A stretch of 62,941 nt of DNA, filler included. It is 4 parts of 4 records of this genome, joined end to end, with 100 filler letters (N's around TTAATTAATTAA, not from the genome) between each part and the next. Parts side by side here need not be neighbours in the genome. Positions count along the whole stretch, not along the records: positions 14,659 to 39,561 come from SRR31156797_11943; positions 39,662 to 57,807 come from SRR31156797_11951; 2 more parts are not named here. One strand, given 5' to 3'. The position numbers were made by a program, and so were the translations under genes. The notes below the pieces were generated by a model, which had not been told where the DNA came from, ran no database searches, and was given only the letters and a program-made list of their open reading frames with translations. Shown here in pieces: positions 32,601 to 42,361 of this stretch. Numbering within the stretch: position 1 is the first letter of the stretch; every line of letters starts with the position of its first letter.

Positions 32601-33929
32601 GTGACAAATAAAAAATTTATCTTTTTCTTTTTTCTTGGTTCATTATTAATTTTTTCAATTTTACCCATATTTAACTATACAAATGACCAATGGAGAGTTT
32701 TACATAAAGATTATAATAATTATTATGAAGGGATTGAACCCAATAAGCATTATCTAAAAATTGCTTATTTGTTAGAAAATAAGAATACATATCATGCTTT
32801 TGCGTTTGGTTCTTCTAGACTTGGAAATATAGATTTAAGAAATCACTTCAAAAATATGTATAATATGACCTATTCAAAAGGACATATTAACTCTCACTTA
32901 GAAAACTTAAAAACTTTATTGGATAATGGAATAAAAATCAAACAGGTTTTACTGGGAATTGATGATTTTTTTATATATGATGCAGGGGAATTTGAGAATG
33001 ATTATCTTCGAAGGTCTTACAAAAATTCAATTGTAGATAAAATAGATTTTTATAAATTTTATTTATTTAAAAAGCCTCAAAAAAGAGACTTTGATATTTT
33101 TTTTAACAAATATAAACTAATACCTTCCCCTCAAATTGTAAATCCAAACAATATTACTATAAATAAAGAAATGGAACAAAAGGTTTCAAATGATCCAAAT
33201 CATGTAAAGAGTTTATCTAATACACTTGTTGAACCTATTAAAAACCAAAATTTTTCTACCAATCTAATTCTAGATAAGATTAGAGAATTTAAAGACATAT
33301 GTGACAAAAATAATATAGACCTTGTCATATATTTTAATCCAGCCTATTATAAACTTTATTTGTCTTATGATCAAAATGAAATCGAAAGATTTAAAAAAGA
33401 GTTGGTCACAATTAGTAGTTTTCATGACTTTTATAGACTAGATCCATATACACTTGATGAAAAATTTTGGTTTGATTTAGTTCATTTTATTCCTATAAAA
33501 GGGAATGAGCTTATGATAAAACTTAAAAGTAATAAATATTTAGTCACAAAAGACACTATCTCTGAAGATTTAAAAAATGTTAGAAAAAGCATCAAAAATA
33601 TTATAGAAAAAGATGAAGACAATATCATACTATTGAATCAAAATATTAATTTAAGTGCTTTAGAGAAAGAATTTATATCTGGTATACAAAGTTTAAAGAA
33701 CAAAACTTATGACAAAAACAGTATTGTCTCTTTTAATATTATATCATCAGTGGCATGTAATTTTACGTTAAAAAATAGCAATCAAGAACTTTTCTCAGTT
33801 GCTATATCTAAAGGTGACAATAAGTTTAAATTATTAATTCCATCTAAATATCTCAATAGTACCTTTGATATAATATTAGATACTAATGCATATAACTATA
33901 CTTTGAAAGATTTAATTTTATATAAATGA
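32601..33929 (+). CDS. Periplasmic SGNH/DltD-like partner of the MBOAT
   Basis: N-terminal anchor, GSSR motif and DLVH (DxxH); immediately follows the MBOAT. Confidence 0.6.
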   Translation: MTNKKFIFFFFLGSLLIFSILPIFNYTNDQWRVLHKDYNNYYEGIEPNKHYLKIAYLLENKNTYHAFAFGSSRLGNIDLRNHFKNMYNMTYSKGHINSHLENLKTLLDNGIKIKQVLLGIDDFFIYDAGEFENDYLRRSYKNSIVDKIDFYKFYLFKKPQKRDFDIFFNKYKLIPSPQIVNPNNITINKEMEQKVSNDPNHVKSLSNTLVEPIKNQNFSTNLILDKIREFKDICDKNNIDLVIYFNPAYYKLYLSYDQNEIERFKKELVTISSFHDFYRLDPYTLDEKFWFDLVHFIPIKGNELMIKLKSNKYLVTKDTISEDLKNVRKSIKNIIEKDEDNIILLNQNINLSALEKEFISGIQSLKNKTYDKNSIVSFNIISSVACNFTLKNSNQELFSVAISKGDNKFKLLIPSKYLNSTFDIILDTNAYNYTLKDLILYK

Positions 33930-34876
33930 ATTTAAAAAACTTATATGGAAACGAGACTAATAAAATGGAAGATGAAGTTATAATACTGTTATCTACGTAT
34001 AATGGAGCGCGTTTTTTAAAAGAGCAATTAGATTCTTTAATGCTTCAATCATATACACATTTTAATATTATTGCTAGAGATGATGGAAGTAATGATGATA
34101 CTATTAAAATACTTAGTTCTTATAACATTAAGATTATTCCATCAAACTCTAATCTTGGTGCTAAACTTAGTTTTGGGAAACTACTTCAATATGCACTAGA
34201 AAATACACATGCAAAATATTTTATGTTTTGTGATCAAGATGATATTTGGGAAAAAGATAAAATTGAAAAAAGTTTATATGCTATGAAAGAACTAGAAAAT
34301 ACTTATGGGAACATTCCTCTTTTGGTGCATAGTGATCTCAGTGTTGTAGATCAAGATCTTCATCTTATTAATAAATCTTTTTGTAATTATGAAAATATAG
34401 ACCCTACACGAAATCATTTTTCAATGCTTATGATGCAAAATACTGTTACAGGCTGTACCATGATAATCAATAAACAGCTTGCCCACAAGTCTATACCAGT
34501 TCCTTCGGAAGCAATAATGCATGACTGGTGGATAGCTCTTATTGCTAGCTATTTTGGTAAAATTCATTTTATCAATACTCCAACTATTCAATATCGCCAA
34601 CATGATAAAAATGAGATAGGGGCAAAAAAGAAAAACCTAAAATATTATATAAAAAAGTTTTTTACTACAAATGATTTATTATCTTCAAACTTTATTCAAG
34701 CAAATAAATTTTTGAATAGATTTGATTCTAAGATTGATATTAAAACAAAAAAAACTCTTGAAGAGTTTCTTACAATTTCTAAAAAAAACTTTTTTCAAAA
34801 ACGATTTACTCTTACCAAATATAAACTTTATAAACATGGTTTTATTAAAAACCTAGGACTATTTTTTAAATTATGA
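33926..34876 (+). CDS. GT2 glycosyltransferase (RgpB-like)
   Basis: Motifs STYNG..FL.EQLDS, RDDGS, FCDQDDIW, VTGCTM, MHDWW and YRQH. Confidence 0.9.
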   Translation: MNLKNLYGNETNKMEDEVIILLSTYNGARFLKEQLDSLMLQSYTHFNIIARDDGSNDDTIKILSSYNIKIIPSNSNLGAKLSFGKLLQYALENTHAKYFMFCDQDDIWEKDKIEKSLYAMKELENTYGNIPLLVHSDLSVVDQDLHLINKSFCNYENIDPTRNHFSMLMMQNTVTGCTMIINKQLAHKSIPVPSEAIMHDWWIALIASYFGKIHFINTPTIQYRQHDKNEIGAKKKNLKYYIKKFFTTNDLLSSNFIQANKFLNRFDSKIDIKTKKTLEEFLTISKKNFFQKRFTLTKYKLYKHGFIKNLGLFFKL

Positions 34877-35715
34877 AAATACTAGTGATAATACCTATAC
34901 TCAATCCTCCAAAAACTTTTTTTGATACTTATATACCTAAACTAATGCAACAAACTAAAAAAGTAGATATTCTTTTAATAAACTCCGGAGCCGATATTCA
35001 AGACTCAGTAAATTATCAGGTTATTAATATAAAAAAAGAAGATTTTAATCATGCAAATACTAGAAATATAGCTTTAAAATTTCCTACTGACTTCTATCTT
35101 TTTATGACACAAGATGCACTTGCATTTGATTTGTCATTAATAGAAAACCTTTTAAAACCATTTGAAGATGAAGCTGTCGTTGTCACTTATGCAAGACAAA
35201 TTCCATATGAAGATGCCCATATAATAGAACAATTTGCGAGAAATAAAAACTATCCTGATTTATCTATTATAAAGTCTAAAGAAAATATTTCTAATATGGG
35301 TATTAAGACCTATTTTACATCTGATTCTTGTGCAATGTACAGAGAAACATATTTTAAAAAAGTAGATGGATTTAAAAAAGATTTAAATACTAGTGAAGAT
35401 ATGGAATTTGCTGCAAGAGCCATATGGGACAATAAAAAAGTAGCTTATAATGCTGATGCAAAAGTGTATCACTCCCATAATTATACTGTAAAAGATCTCT
35501 TTAAGCGTTATGTACAAATAGGCAAATTTTTTAAAGAGAACCATTGGATAGAAGAGAGTATTAAAGATATAAAATCTACTGAAAAAACAGGTTTTGAATA
35601 TGTAATAAATGAATTAAGATATATTATTAAAAATAACCCTTTAGCTTTTTTTCGAAGTTGTATCTTTATTCTTACAAAATTTATTGCTTATAAAATTGGA
35701 AAATATTGTCATTAA
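34873..35715 (+). CDS. GT2 glycosyltransferase (rhamnosyltransferase-like)
   Basis: Motifs FNHANTRN, MTQDA, YARQIP, SED and VYHSHNY. Confidence 0.88.
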   Translation: MKILVIIPILNPPKTFFDTYIPKLMQQTKKVDILLINSGADIQDSVNYQVINIKKEDFNHANTRNIALKFPTDFYLFMTQDALAFDLSLIENLLKPFEDEAVVVTYARQIPYEDAHIIEQFARNKNYPDLSIIKSKENISNMGIKTYFTSDSCAMYRETYFKKVDGFKKDLNTSEDMEFAARAIWDNKKVAYNADAKVYHSHNYTVKDLFKRYVQIGKFFKENHWIEESIKDIKSTEKTGFEYVINELRYIIKNNPLAFFRSCIFILTKFIAYKIGKYCH

Positions 35716-37586
35716 ATAAAACTATCTGCTGAAAAATTTAAAATTGTACTCCCTGTTATATCAATTACTAAATCATTTTCATCAAAACTATTATTTGCAT
35801 TATAGTCAATGGCTAAATACTTATTTCCTTCCAAATCTCCACCTATTGCTTCAACAATTGCTGCTGAAATATCACCACTTACTGATGTATTAAATCCATT
35901 GGTACTTACTGATAATAAAATGTTCATATTTGTAATAAAAGTATCTTGATTTATATTTCCAGTTACACTATTATTTACAGCTGTTACATCTACATCTAGA
36001 TCAATTAAATCTTCATTATTACTATTGATTTTTAAGTCTGTAATTTTATCAATACCAAAGTTTACTGAAAATATTGGTTTTGAATCTCCTTTAACAAATA
36101 CAAAGGTATCATTACCTGCATCACCTGTTAAAGTATCTATTCCAGTTCCTCCTTTAATAGTATCATTTCCAGAACCTCCATTTAAAATATCATTTCCTTC
36201 TAAACCTACTAAATTATCATCTCCATCTGACCCAAGAATTGTGTCTTTATTACTACTACCATACAGTATATCATTACTTAGACTTCCATTTATATTTCCA
36301 TCAATACCTAAAATCAAGTCATCTACTAATGCAACTTGTGAAATATTTCCTGCTTTATCTAATACAAAACCAACTTCAATATCTAAACTATCACTGCCTA
36401 ATAAATCTCCATAATTCTCATCAGTTTCTAATTCTAGAGCATCACTTATAACAATTGAAATATGGTTATTAGAAATTATCTTTGCAGAGGTTATATTTGA
36501 ACTTGTCAATTCATATGATGTAGTATAAGTGGTATTTTCATCTGAGTTAAAATCCCAGATAAGTTTTGTAAAATCAATTCGATCAACTATATCTAAACTG
36601 CTATTCTCATTGTATTCTAAAATAGTTGAGAAACCTGAACCATAAATATTTAAAATATTTGAATCGGTATCATAATGTGCGTTATATAATGAATATACAG
36701 GTGCTTTAGTATCATTTATTAAAGCTAAAGAGTTTTGCTCTGAATCAAAAGTTATATCTACATCTAATCCTATTTCATCTGTTAATGTCGATTCTCCTAA
36801 ATTTATACTATTTGCTAGTACTCCCACATCTGCACTTTCACTAAAATAACCATCTTCTACTTTATAATTAAAAGTTAAAGAGTTGTCAGTATAAGAATAT
36901 AATGTAGCTTCTTTTTGTACAGCACCTAGTGTTAATGTAAGAGTAATATCGGTTCCATTTATATAAATATTATCATTAAATAAAAGAGTAATGTTTATAT
37001 CTGCACCATAAGTATAATTTCCATCAGGAATTATAATACTATCTATAGTTGCAGTAAGTGATACTTGTAAATCTTCAATTGCTTGTGTTACACTAGAATC
37101 ATCATATGTTACATCACTTAATATCGCTTGCATTTTATCTAATGATATTGTTGATCTTTCCTGTTCAAGAGTATAATATTGAGATACTTCTATTTTATTA
37201 TATATTGTATTTTTCATATTATCAAAAGAAGAATCTAAACCATCTGAAGCTAAGAATAATAAAATATTAAAAATGATTTCACCTTCTGAAGAACTATTGT
37301 CTAACTCACTAGTTATGAATGTATGAACGAGTTCACCAGCTTCGTCTGTAGTATCTGCACCAAAAATATTCATTATTATGTCAGTTTTAGTACTATTGTC
37401 TAATCCTGAAAATTGCGCTTTAAAAATATCACTTGAATACACTAAAGAAGCCAATGAAAAAATATTTTTGTTTAAAATATCATAAGTCTCTTGTAAAGAT
37501 TGAAAAAACTCTTTACCTGGTACAGCATTAAACATCACTACGTTTAATGCCATTATTAAAGAATCATCAGAATTTATTGTTGCCAT
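35712..37586 (-). CDS. Acidic RTX calcium-binding protein with an S-layer-like N-terminal domain
   Basis: GGxGxDxL-type nonapeptides (GSDGDDNL, GLEGNDIL, GGSGNDTI, GGTGIDTL) near the C-terminus; no signal peptide. Confidence 0.8.
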   Translation of the reverse strand: MATINSDDSLIMALNVVMFNAVPGKEFFQSLQETYDILNKNIFSLASLVYSSDIFKAQFSGLDNSTKTDIIMNIFGADTTDEAGELVHTFITSELDNSSSEGEIIFNILLFLASDGLDSSFDNMKNTIYNKIEVSQYYTLEQERSTISLDKMQAILSDVTYDDSSVTQAIEDLQVSLTATIDSIIIPDGNYTYGADINITLLFNDNIYINGTDITLTLTLGAVQKEATLYSYTDNSLTFNYKVEDGYFSESADVGVLANSINLGESTLTDEIGLDVDITFDSEQNSLALINDTKAPVYSLYNAHYDTDSNILNIYGSGFSTILEYNENSSLDIVDRIDFTKLIWDFNSDENTTYTTSYELTSSNITSAKIISNNHISIVISDALELETDENYGDLLGSDSLDIEVGFVLDKAGNISQVALVDDLILGIDGNINGSLSNDILYGSSNKDTILGSDGDDNLVGLEGNDILNGGSGNDTIKGGTGIDTLTGDAGNDTFVFVKGDSKPIFSVNFGIDKITDLKINSNNEDLIDLDVDVTAVNNSVTGNINQDTFITNMNILLSVSTNGFNTSVSGDISAAIVEAIGGDLEGNKYLAIDYNANNSFDENDLVIDITGSTILNFSADSFI

Positions 37587-37714
37587 TACATAATTTCCTT
37601 TTAAAACTATTTTATTAAAATTTTGGATATACGTTATTCTACTAATTATATTTGACTAATTGATACGATTTTAGCTAAATCATTTTGTATATTTGCTTTA
37701 TTAATCAAAACTCT

Positions 37715-38293
37715 TTAAAACAACCCACTACCAATCACATAATAAGAGATATTATCCACTTCATCTTCAAGCTTTACTCCACCAATTAAGCCAACAGGAT
37801 ATTTTGATATCTTTGCTAGATAGCTGGCTCGTTCACCTACAATATTTGCAACATCTTTTGTAGATGTATTTCTAAAAGCTCCTAAGCCTATATAATCTAC
37901 AGATAAACTATTCGCTTGTAATATCTCTTTTTCATTATGCGTTGAAAGGCCTATGATCTTATTTTGATTTGTTTTTTTAATAAAGTGAATAGTATTTTCA
38001 TAAGAGAGTTTTAGTTTTTGTGATAACTCTTCTAAATCTTCTTGCCCAATATGTAAACCGTCTGCTACTTTTAAAAGTTCTAGATTGTCATTGATAATAA
38101 TAGGTATATTTGTATGAGTTTTTAAAAACTCTACATTTTGTTTTTGAACCTCTATTGAGTTGATCTTATCACGATATTGGATATATACCACATTGTGATT
38201 TTTTAGATTATCTAGATACCCAGAAAGAGTAAAATTGTATTTTTGTAAAAGCTCAAAGTCGCATAAAGCATAGATACTTTTTTTATGCGACAT
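37715..38293 (-). CDS. thiE: Thiamine phosphate synthase
   Basis: Motifs [25 protein letters not shown] and TSTK. Confidence 0.88.
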   Translation of the reverse strand: MSHKKSIYALCDFELLQKYNFTLSGYLDNLKNHNVVYIQYRDKINSIEVQKQNVEFLKTHTNIPIIINDNLELLKVADGLHIGQEDLEELSQKLKLSYENTIHFIKKTNQNKIIGLSTHNEKEILQANSLSVDYIGLGAFRNTSTKDVANIVGERASYLAKISKYPVGLIGGVKLEDEVDNISYYVIGSGLF

Positions 38294-39158
38294 TTTGATT
38301 ATAAAAAAGCTTTAAAAGATCGTGAAGAGTTTTTTTCATTGAGTTTCGCTCAACCACCATATCGATACTTCCATGTTCAAGTAAAAATTCTGCTTTTTGG
38401 AACCCTTCTGGAAGATCTTTTCCAATTGTTTGTTTAATAACTCTTGCTCCTGCAAATCCTATTAAAGCACCTGGTTCTGCCATAATAATATCACCTAAAA
38501 AAGCAAAAGAAGCACTTACTCCTCCAAAAGTTGGATCAGTTAGAACTGAGATAAAAGGAAGACCCTCATTATCTAATTTTCTAAGTGCAGCACTTGTTTT
38601 TGCCATCTGCATTAAAGAGTATGTAGACTCTTGCATTCTAGCCCCACCTGAAGCACTTACAATAATCACACCTTGTCTTTTTTCAATAGCACGATTACAA
38701 GCTCTTACTATTTTTTCACCCTCAACAGATCCTAAAGATCCACCTAAAAATGAAAAGTCAAATACAACAAGCTGTACTCCAATGCTATCAATGGTACATT
38801 CACCACTTACAACTGAAGAGGTTTTCCCAGTTTTATGCATCGCTTCTTCTAATCTTTTTTGATACGATTTACTATCTACAAAGCTTAATGGGTCTGTTGG
38901 GTGTAATTCACTATCAAACTCCACAAATGATCCCTCATCTGCGATCATTTCGATCCGTTTTTTAGCCCCGATTCTCATATGAAAGTTACATTTAGGGCAT
39001 ACATGATTTAAGTTCTCTACTTCTTTAAAGAACATCAATGCCTCACAAGATGGACATTTTACCCAGTGACTTTGATTCTCTACTACTTTTTGATCATCTT
39101 TTGTAGCTTTTTCTAAATACTCTGTTTTTATCTTTGTAAAAAATTGTTTTATATCCAT
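38283..39158 (-). CDS. accD: Acetyl-CoA carboxylase carboxyltransferase beta subunit
   Basis: C4 zinc finger (WVKCPSC...CPKC), SGGARMQE and IGFAGARVI. Confidence 0.96.
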   Translation of the reverse strand: MDIKQFFTKIKTEYLEKATKDDQKVVENQSHWVKCPSCEALMFFKEVENLNHVCPKCNFHMRIGAKKRIEMIADEGSFVEFDSELHPTDPLSFVDSKSYQKRLEEAMHKTGKTSSVVSGECTIDSIGVQLVVFDFSFLGGSLGSVEGEKIVRACNRAIEKRQGVIIVSASGGARMQESTYSLMQMAKTSAALRKLDNEGLPFISVLTDPTFGGVSASFAFLGDIIMAEPGALIGFAGARVIKQTIGKDLPEGFQKAEFLLEHGSIDMVVERNSMKKTLHDLLKLFYNQNVA

Positions 39159-39191
39159 CTATTGCATCCCTATCTACTAAATTGCAGTATT

Positions 39192-39561
39192 TTATCCTAA
39201 TTCTTTGAATTTTTCAATATCATCAAGTTTTTCCCAAGGATAATCAGGCTGACCAACTTGTCCACGCGCTGCCACATCTGCATATAAAAATGTCTCTAAA
39301 CTTGGTTTATCAAGATCAAATTTTCTTGTGATCCAGTTTGGAGTCAGTGGAAAATTTTGTTCTACAAAGGTTGAAAGCTTATCATCATTGAGTTTTGTAT
39401 ATGTTCCGTAAGTATCCACTGCTACTGACGTTGGTTTTGCTACACCAATTGCATAAGAGATCTGTACAACACATTTTGTAGCAAGTCCTGCTGCTACAAT
39501 ATGCTTTGCGATATATCGTGCAGCATACAAGCCACTTCTATCAACTTTTGTATAATCTTTT
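39192..39561 (-). CDS. metK: S-adenosylmethionine synthetase, C-terminal part
   Basis: KDYTKVDRSGLYAARYIAK...QISYAIGVA...PWE; the frame is open to the contig edge. Confidence 0.93.
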
Positions 39562-39661
39562 NNNNNNNNNNNNNNNNNNNNNNNNNNNNNNNNNNNNNNN
39601 NNNNNTTAATTAATTAANNNNNNNNNNNNNNNNNNNNNNNNNNNNNNNNNNNNNNNNNNNN
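39562..39661. other. Artificial contig linker
   Basis: N44-TTAATTAATTAA-N44. Confidence 0.98.
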
Positions 39662-39759
39662 TTTAAGTCAAAACGAATTAATTTGACTTTGTAGTAAAAA
39701 ATATTCTATATATATTTTACTTCAAATATAATTCTTAGACTAAAAAAGTATGATAATAG

Positions 39760-40770
39760 CTAAACAGATAGAATGATCCCATTATTAATCATAAAAGCCG
39801 CAAGTAATTTAAAAAATTGTATTGAGAAATGAAAACCAAGTGCTGCTTCAAGATTTTTATTAAACATAAGTGTTGCTATAGGCATTGCAAATAATATTAC
39901 AGCTACCGGTGTTTGAATAAACATATTAAAAGCAGTATTTGACAGGCTCAAATATGTAGCCCAATATGCAACAATTAAAGTTGAAGCTCTGAAAATATTA
40001 CCTGTATTAGAAAATCTTGAAAGTATAAAAAAGAATATCGGTACCCATAGAGCTCGTCCCCATCCTTCACCACTTACTCCTATATTAAATGAAGCAAATA
40101 TATTCCACCAATTAGTAACCCAGGTGAATTCGGGAGTTGATCCCATTAGAACTTTACCAAAAGCCCAAGGTAAACCTAAAAACATTCCATCAAAAAATGT
40201 CTTCAGTGCTCTATTAGAACCCTCACTTACAAATATTGATCTCCCAACACCAAGATAACCGTAACCAGATCCATTAAGTAAAGCCCAACCTGCTAAAAAA
40301 CCAGGTAGAACTAGAGCAAGTTGCAGTACAGCCCATTTTGTTTGGCTTATTCCGTTCCATTCTCCCAGGAATGCAGTTAAAACTGATAAAATTGTTATTA
40401 TTATTGCTAATATAAAATGCCTTCTGTTTAAAAAGTGTCTATAAACTATTAAAAAAATAATAGCAACAATAGGAATAATATCATACAATAAACCACCAAT
40501 TATCGATTTTGCAATACAGAGGATTACAAGAAAGAGAAAACCCAATAGTAGTGTCTTTAATTGATTTCCTTTCGTGCAAACTTTAGGAAGAGGTGATGTA
40601 TAGTGTTTTATTAGAAAATAACTACAGGGAACAAGTAATATATTATTAATAGGCCTGCTGAAAAAACCATTTGGTATTTTGAAAAATAATATTTCAATTA
40701 AAAAAATTAATGAAACTAATATCCATGTTATTCTAAATGAAGGAGTATAATTATATTTTTTTATAATCAT
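39760..40770 (-). CDS. Polytopic membrane protein, possibly a degenerate CPBP/Abi (CAAX protease) family member
   Basis: About ten TM segments. GEGWGR sits where EExxxR is expected, and there is a C-terminal ALGFH. Confidence 0.5.
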   Translation of the reverse strand: MIIKKYNYTPSFRITWILVSLIFLIEILFFKIPNGFFSRPINNILLVPCSYFLIKHYTSPLPKVCTKGNQLKTLLLGFLFLVILCIAKSIIGGLLYDIIPIVAIIFLIVYRHFLNRRHFILAIIITILSVLTAFLGEWNGISQTKWAVLQLALVLPGFLAGWALLNGSGYGYLGVGRSIFVSEGSNRALKTFFDGMFLGLPWAFGKVLMGSTPEFTWVTNWWNIFASFNIGVSGEGWGRALWVPIFFFILSRFSNTGNIFRASTLIVAYWATYLSLSNTAFNMFIQTPVAVILFAMPIATLMFNKNLEAALGFHFSIQFFKLLAAFMINNGIILSV

Positions 40771-40829
40771 ATGAACACCTCACTTACAAGTGTTTTTATT
40801 ATTTATTAAGGTTAAGAAAACTAATATTT

Positions 40830-41669
40830 TTATGCTTTGGTATTACTAGTTCCGCCAGGATTAGTCATTCCACCGATTCCAAAATAACTTAATGAATCAT
40901 ATACAGGTTTAGTAGGAACTAACCAAACAGTACCAGTTCCCCTGTAAACATTAAGTAATCCTTCTCCGCTGGTAGCTGATCCTATTAAAGATTTAGTTGA
41001 TTTTTCTACTGTAAAATCAATATTACCATTTCTTAAAATTGCAAAATTCCCATCTACTTTTAAAATATCGTTATCTAGTTTATATTCAATAATTTCAGTT
41101 TGAGGAACGGGTATTTCTAATAATACGATTCCTGATCCGCTTAATTTAGTTTGAAATAGGCCTTCTCCACCTAAAGCAGCGGATGAAATATTTTTCATTG
41201 CAGCTGCACCTACTTCAACTCCTGCTTCACATGCATAGAAAACTCCATCATCAACAATTATAGTTTCGTTTTCCAGTTCGATTAATGCGTAATGTCCAAA
41301 AGTTGGCTCGAGAGTGATCTCACCACTTCCGGTATATTTTGGCTTAAAAACTGTTTCTCCGGTAGCCATAGACTTAAGAAGTTTTTTACCAAGTCCGAAT
41401 ACTCCCCCAGCTTTACTTTCGATTTCTAAATCACCTTTTTGGTAATATAATGCTCCTGCCTCCAAATGAACAGATGAGTTATTCAAAGTGAGTTTTGCCT
41501 CTTTAAGTGTAACTTTCCCCTCTTTTAAAAAGAATAAACTTACTGAGTCAGTGATGCTTCCTCCACCTTTTAATTCCTCCCATTCAAAAATTTCAAACTT
41601 TACATTTTCGTTTCCCATTTCCATTATCAATTTTTTTGTATTTTTGGAAAAATCTAAATTCGTTTTCAT
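40830..41669 (-). CDS. AIM24-family protein
   Basis: Repeated GEGLF.TKL.GSG / GEGLLNVY.GTG.V motifs and VDG.F. Confidence 0.85.
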   Translation of the reverse strand: MKTNLDFSKNTKKLIMEMGNENVKFEIFEWEELKGGGSITDSVSLFFLKEGKVTLKEAKLTLNNSSVHLEAGALYYQKGDLEIESKAGGVFGLGKKLLKSMATGETVFKPKYTGSGEITLEPTFGHYALIELENETIIVDDGVFYACEAGVEVGAAAMKNISSAALGGEGLFQTKLSGSGIVLLEIPVPQTEIIEYKLDNDILKVDGNFAILRNGNIDFTVEKSTKSLIGSATSGEGLLNVYRGTGTVWLVPTKPVYDSLSYFGIGGMTNPGGTSNTKA

Positions 41670-42361
41670 ATCGCCTCCTAATTTTTATTTTTTAATTCAA
41701 AAAATATTCTGTATATTACTTTATAAATTAAAACTTTTCTTTTGATTTTATTTGTTTTATTTATTATTCAATACTAATCTTAATATCCTCTTATTTTGAT
41801 AAATTTCACTACAAAAACACCTGTGTGATCATTTTTTAATCTTTTGTGGTTAAAAAAAGTTCAAAAAACTTGACTTTTTCACTTTTTTAATTTAAAATTA
41901 AATTAGTTAATCATTATCAAACACACTTGCCATAATATTTTGCGTTCATATATTTATTAGAAATTTCAATAAATATAATAATAAAAGTATCGCCTTTTTG
42001 TCAGGTAAATTTAGAGTTAAAGTTAAGTAAATTAGATTTAAGTTATAAATATTATATAGAAATACCATAGATTAAAAATATCATAATCTATATTTATGAT
42101 ACAACTATATAAAAAAAATGGACATTTTTTCAAAAATCAATTGAAAAATTATCTTATTTAGAGTATACTATATAAAATCGAACATGTCTTATTATTGAAC
42201 TTTTCTTAAAAAATATTAATAAATTAGGTTTATCTTAATTATTTTAGTATATATAGATAGAAAGCAAAAATACTTAACAGCAACTACGTATGGCTTGTCC
42301 TACGTATTAATTATATTAAAATTTACTAATTGATGTTAGTTAGAAAAGGAGGATTATAACT

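Noticed and set aside
41670-42361. Long AT-rich intergenic region before pyc, with a TACGTA..TACGTA hairpin near 42285-42306
   Set aside because: Consistent with ordinary divergent promoters; no repeat array or known RNA motif is visible.
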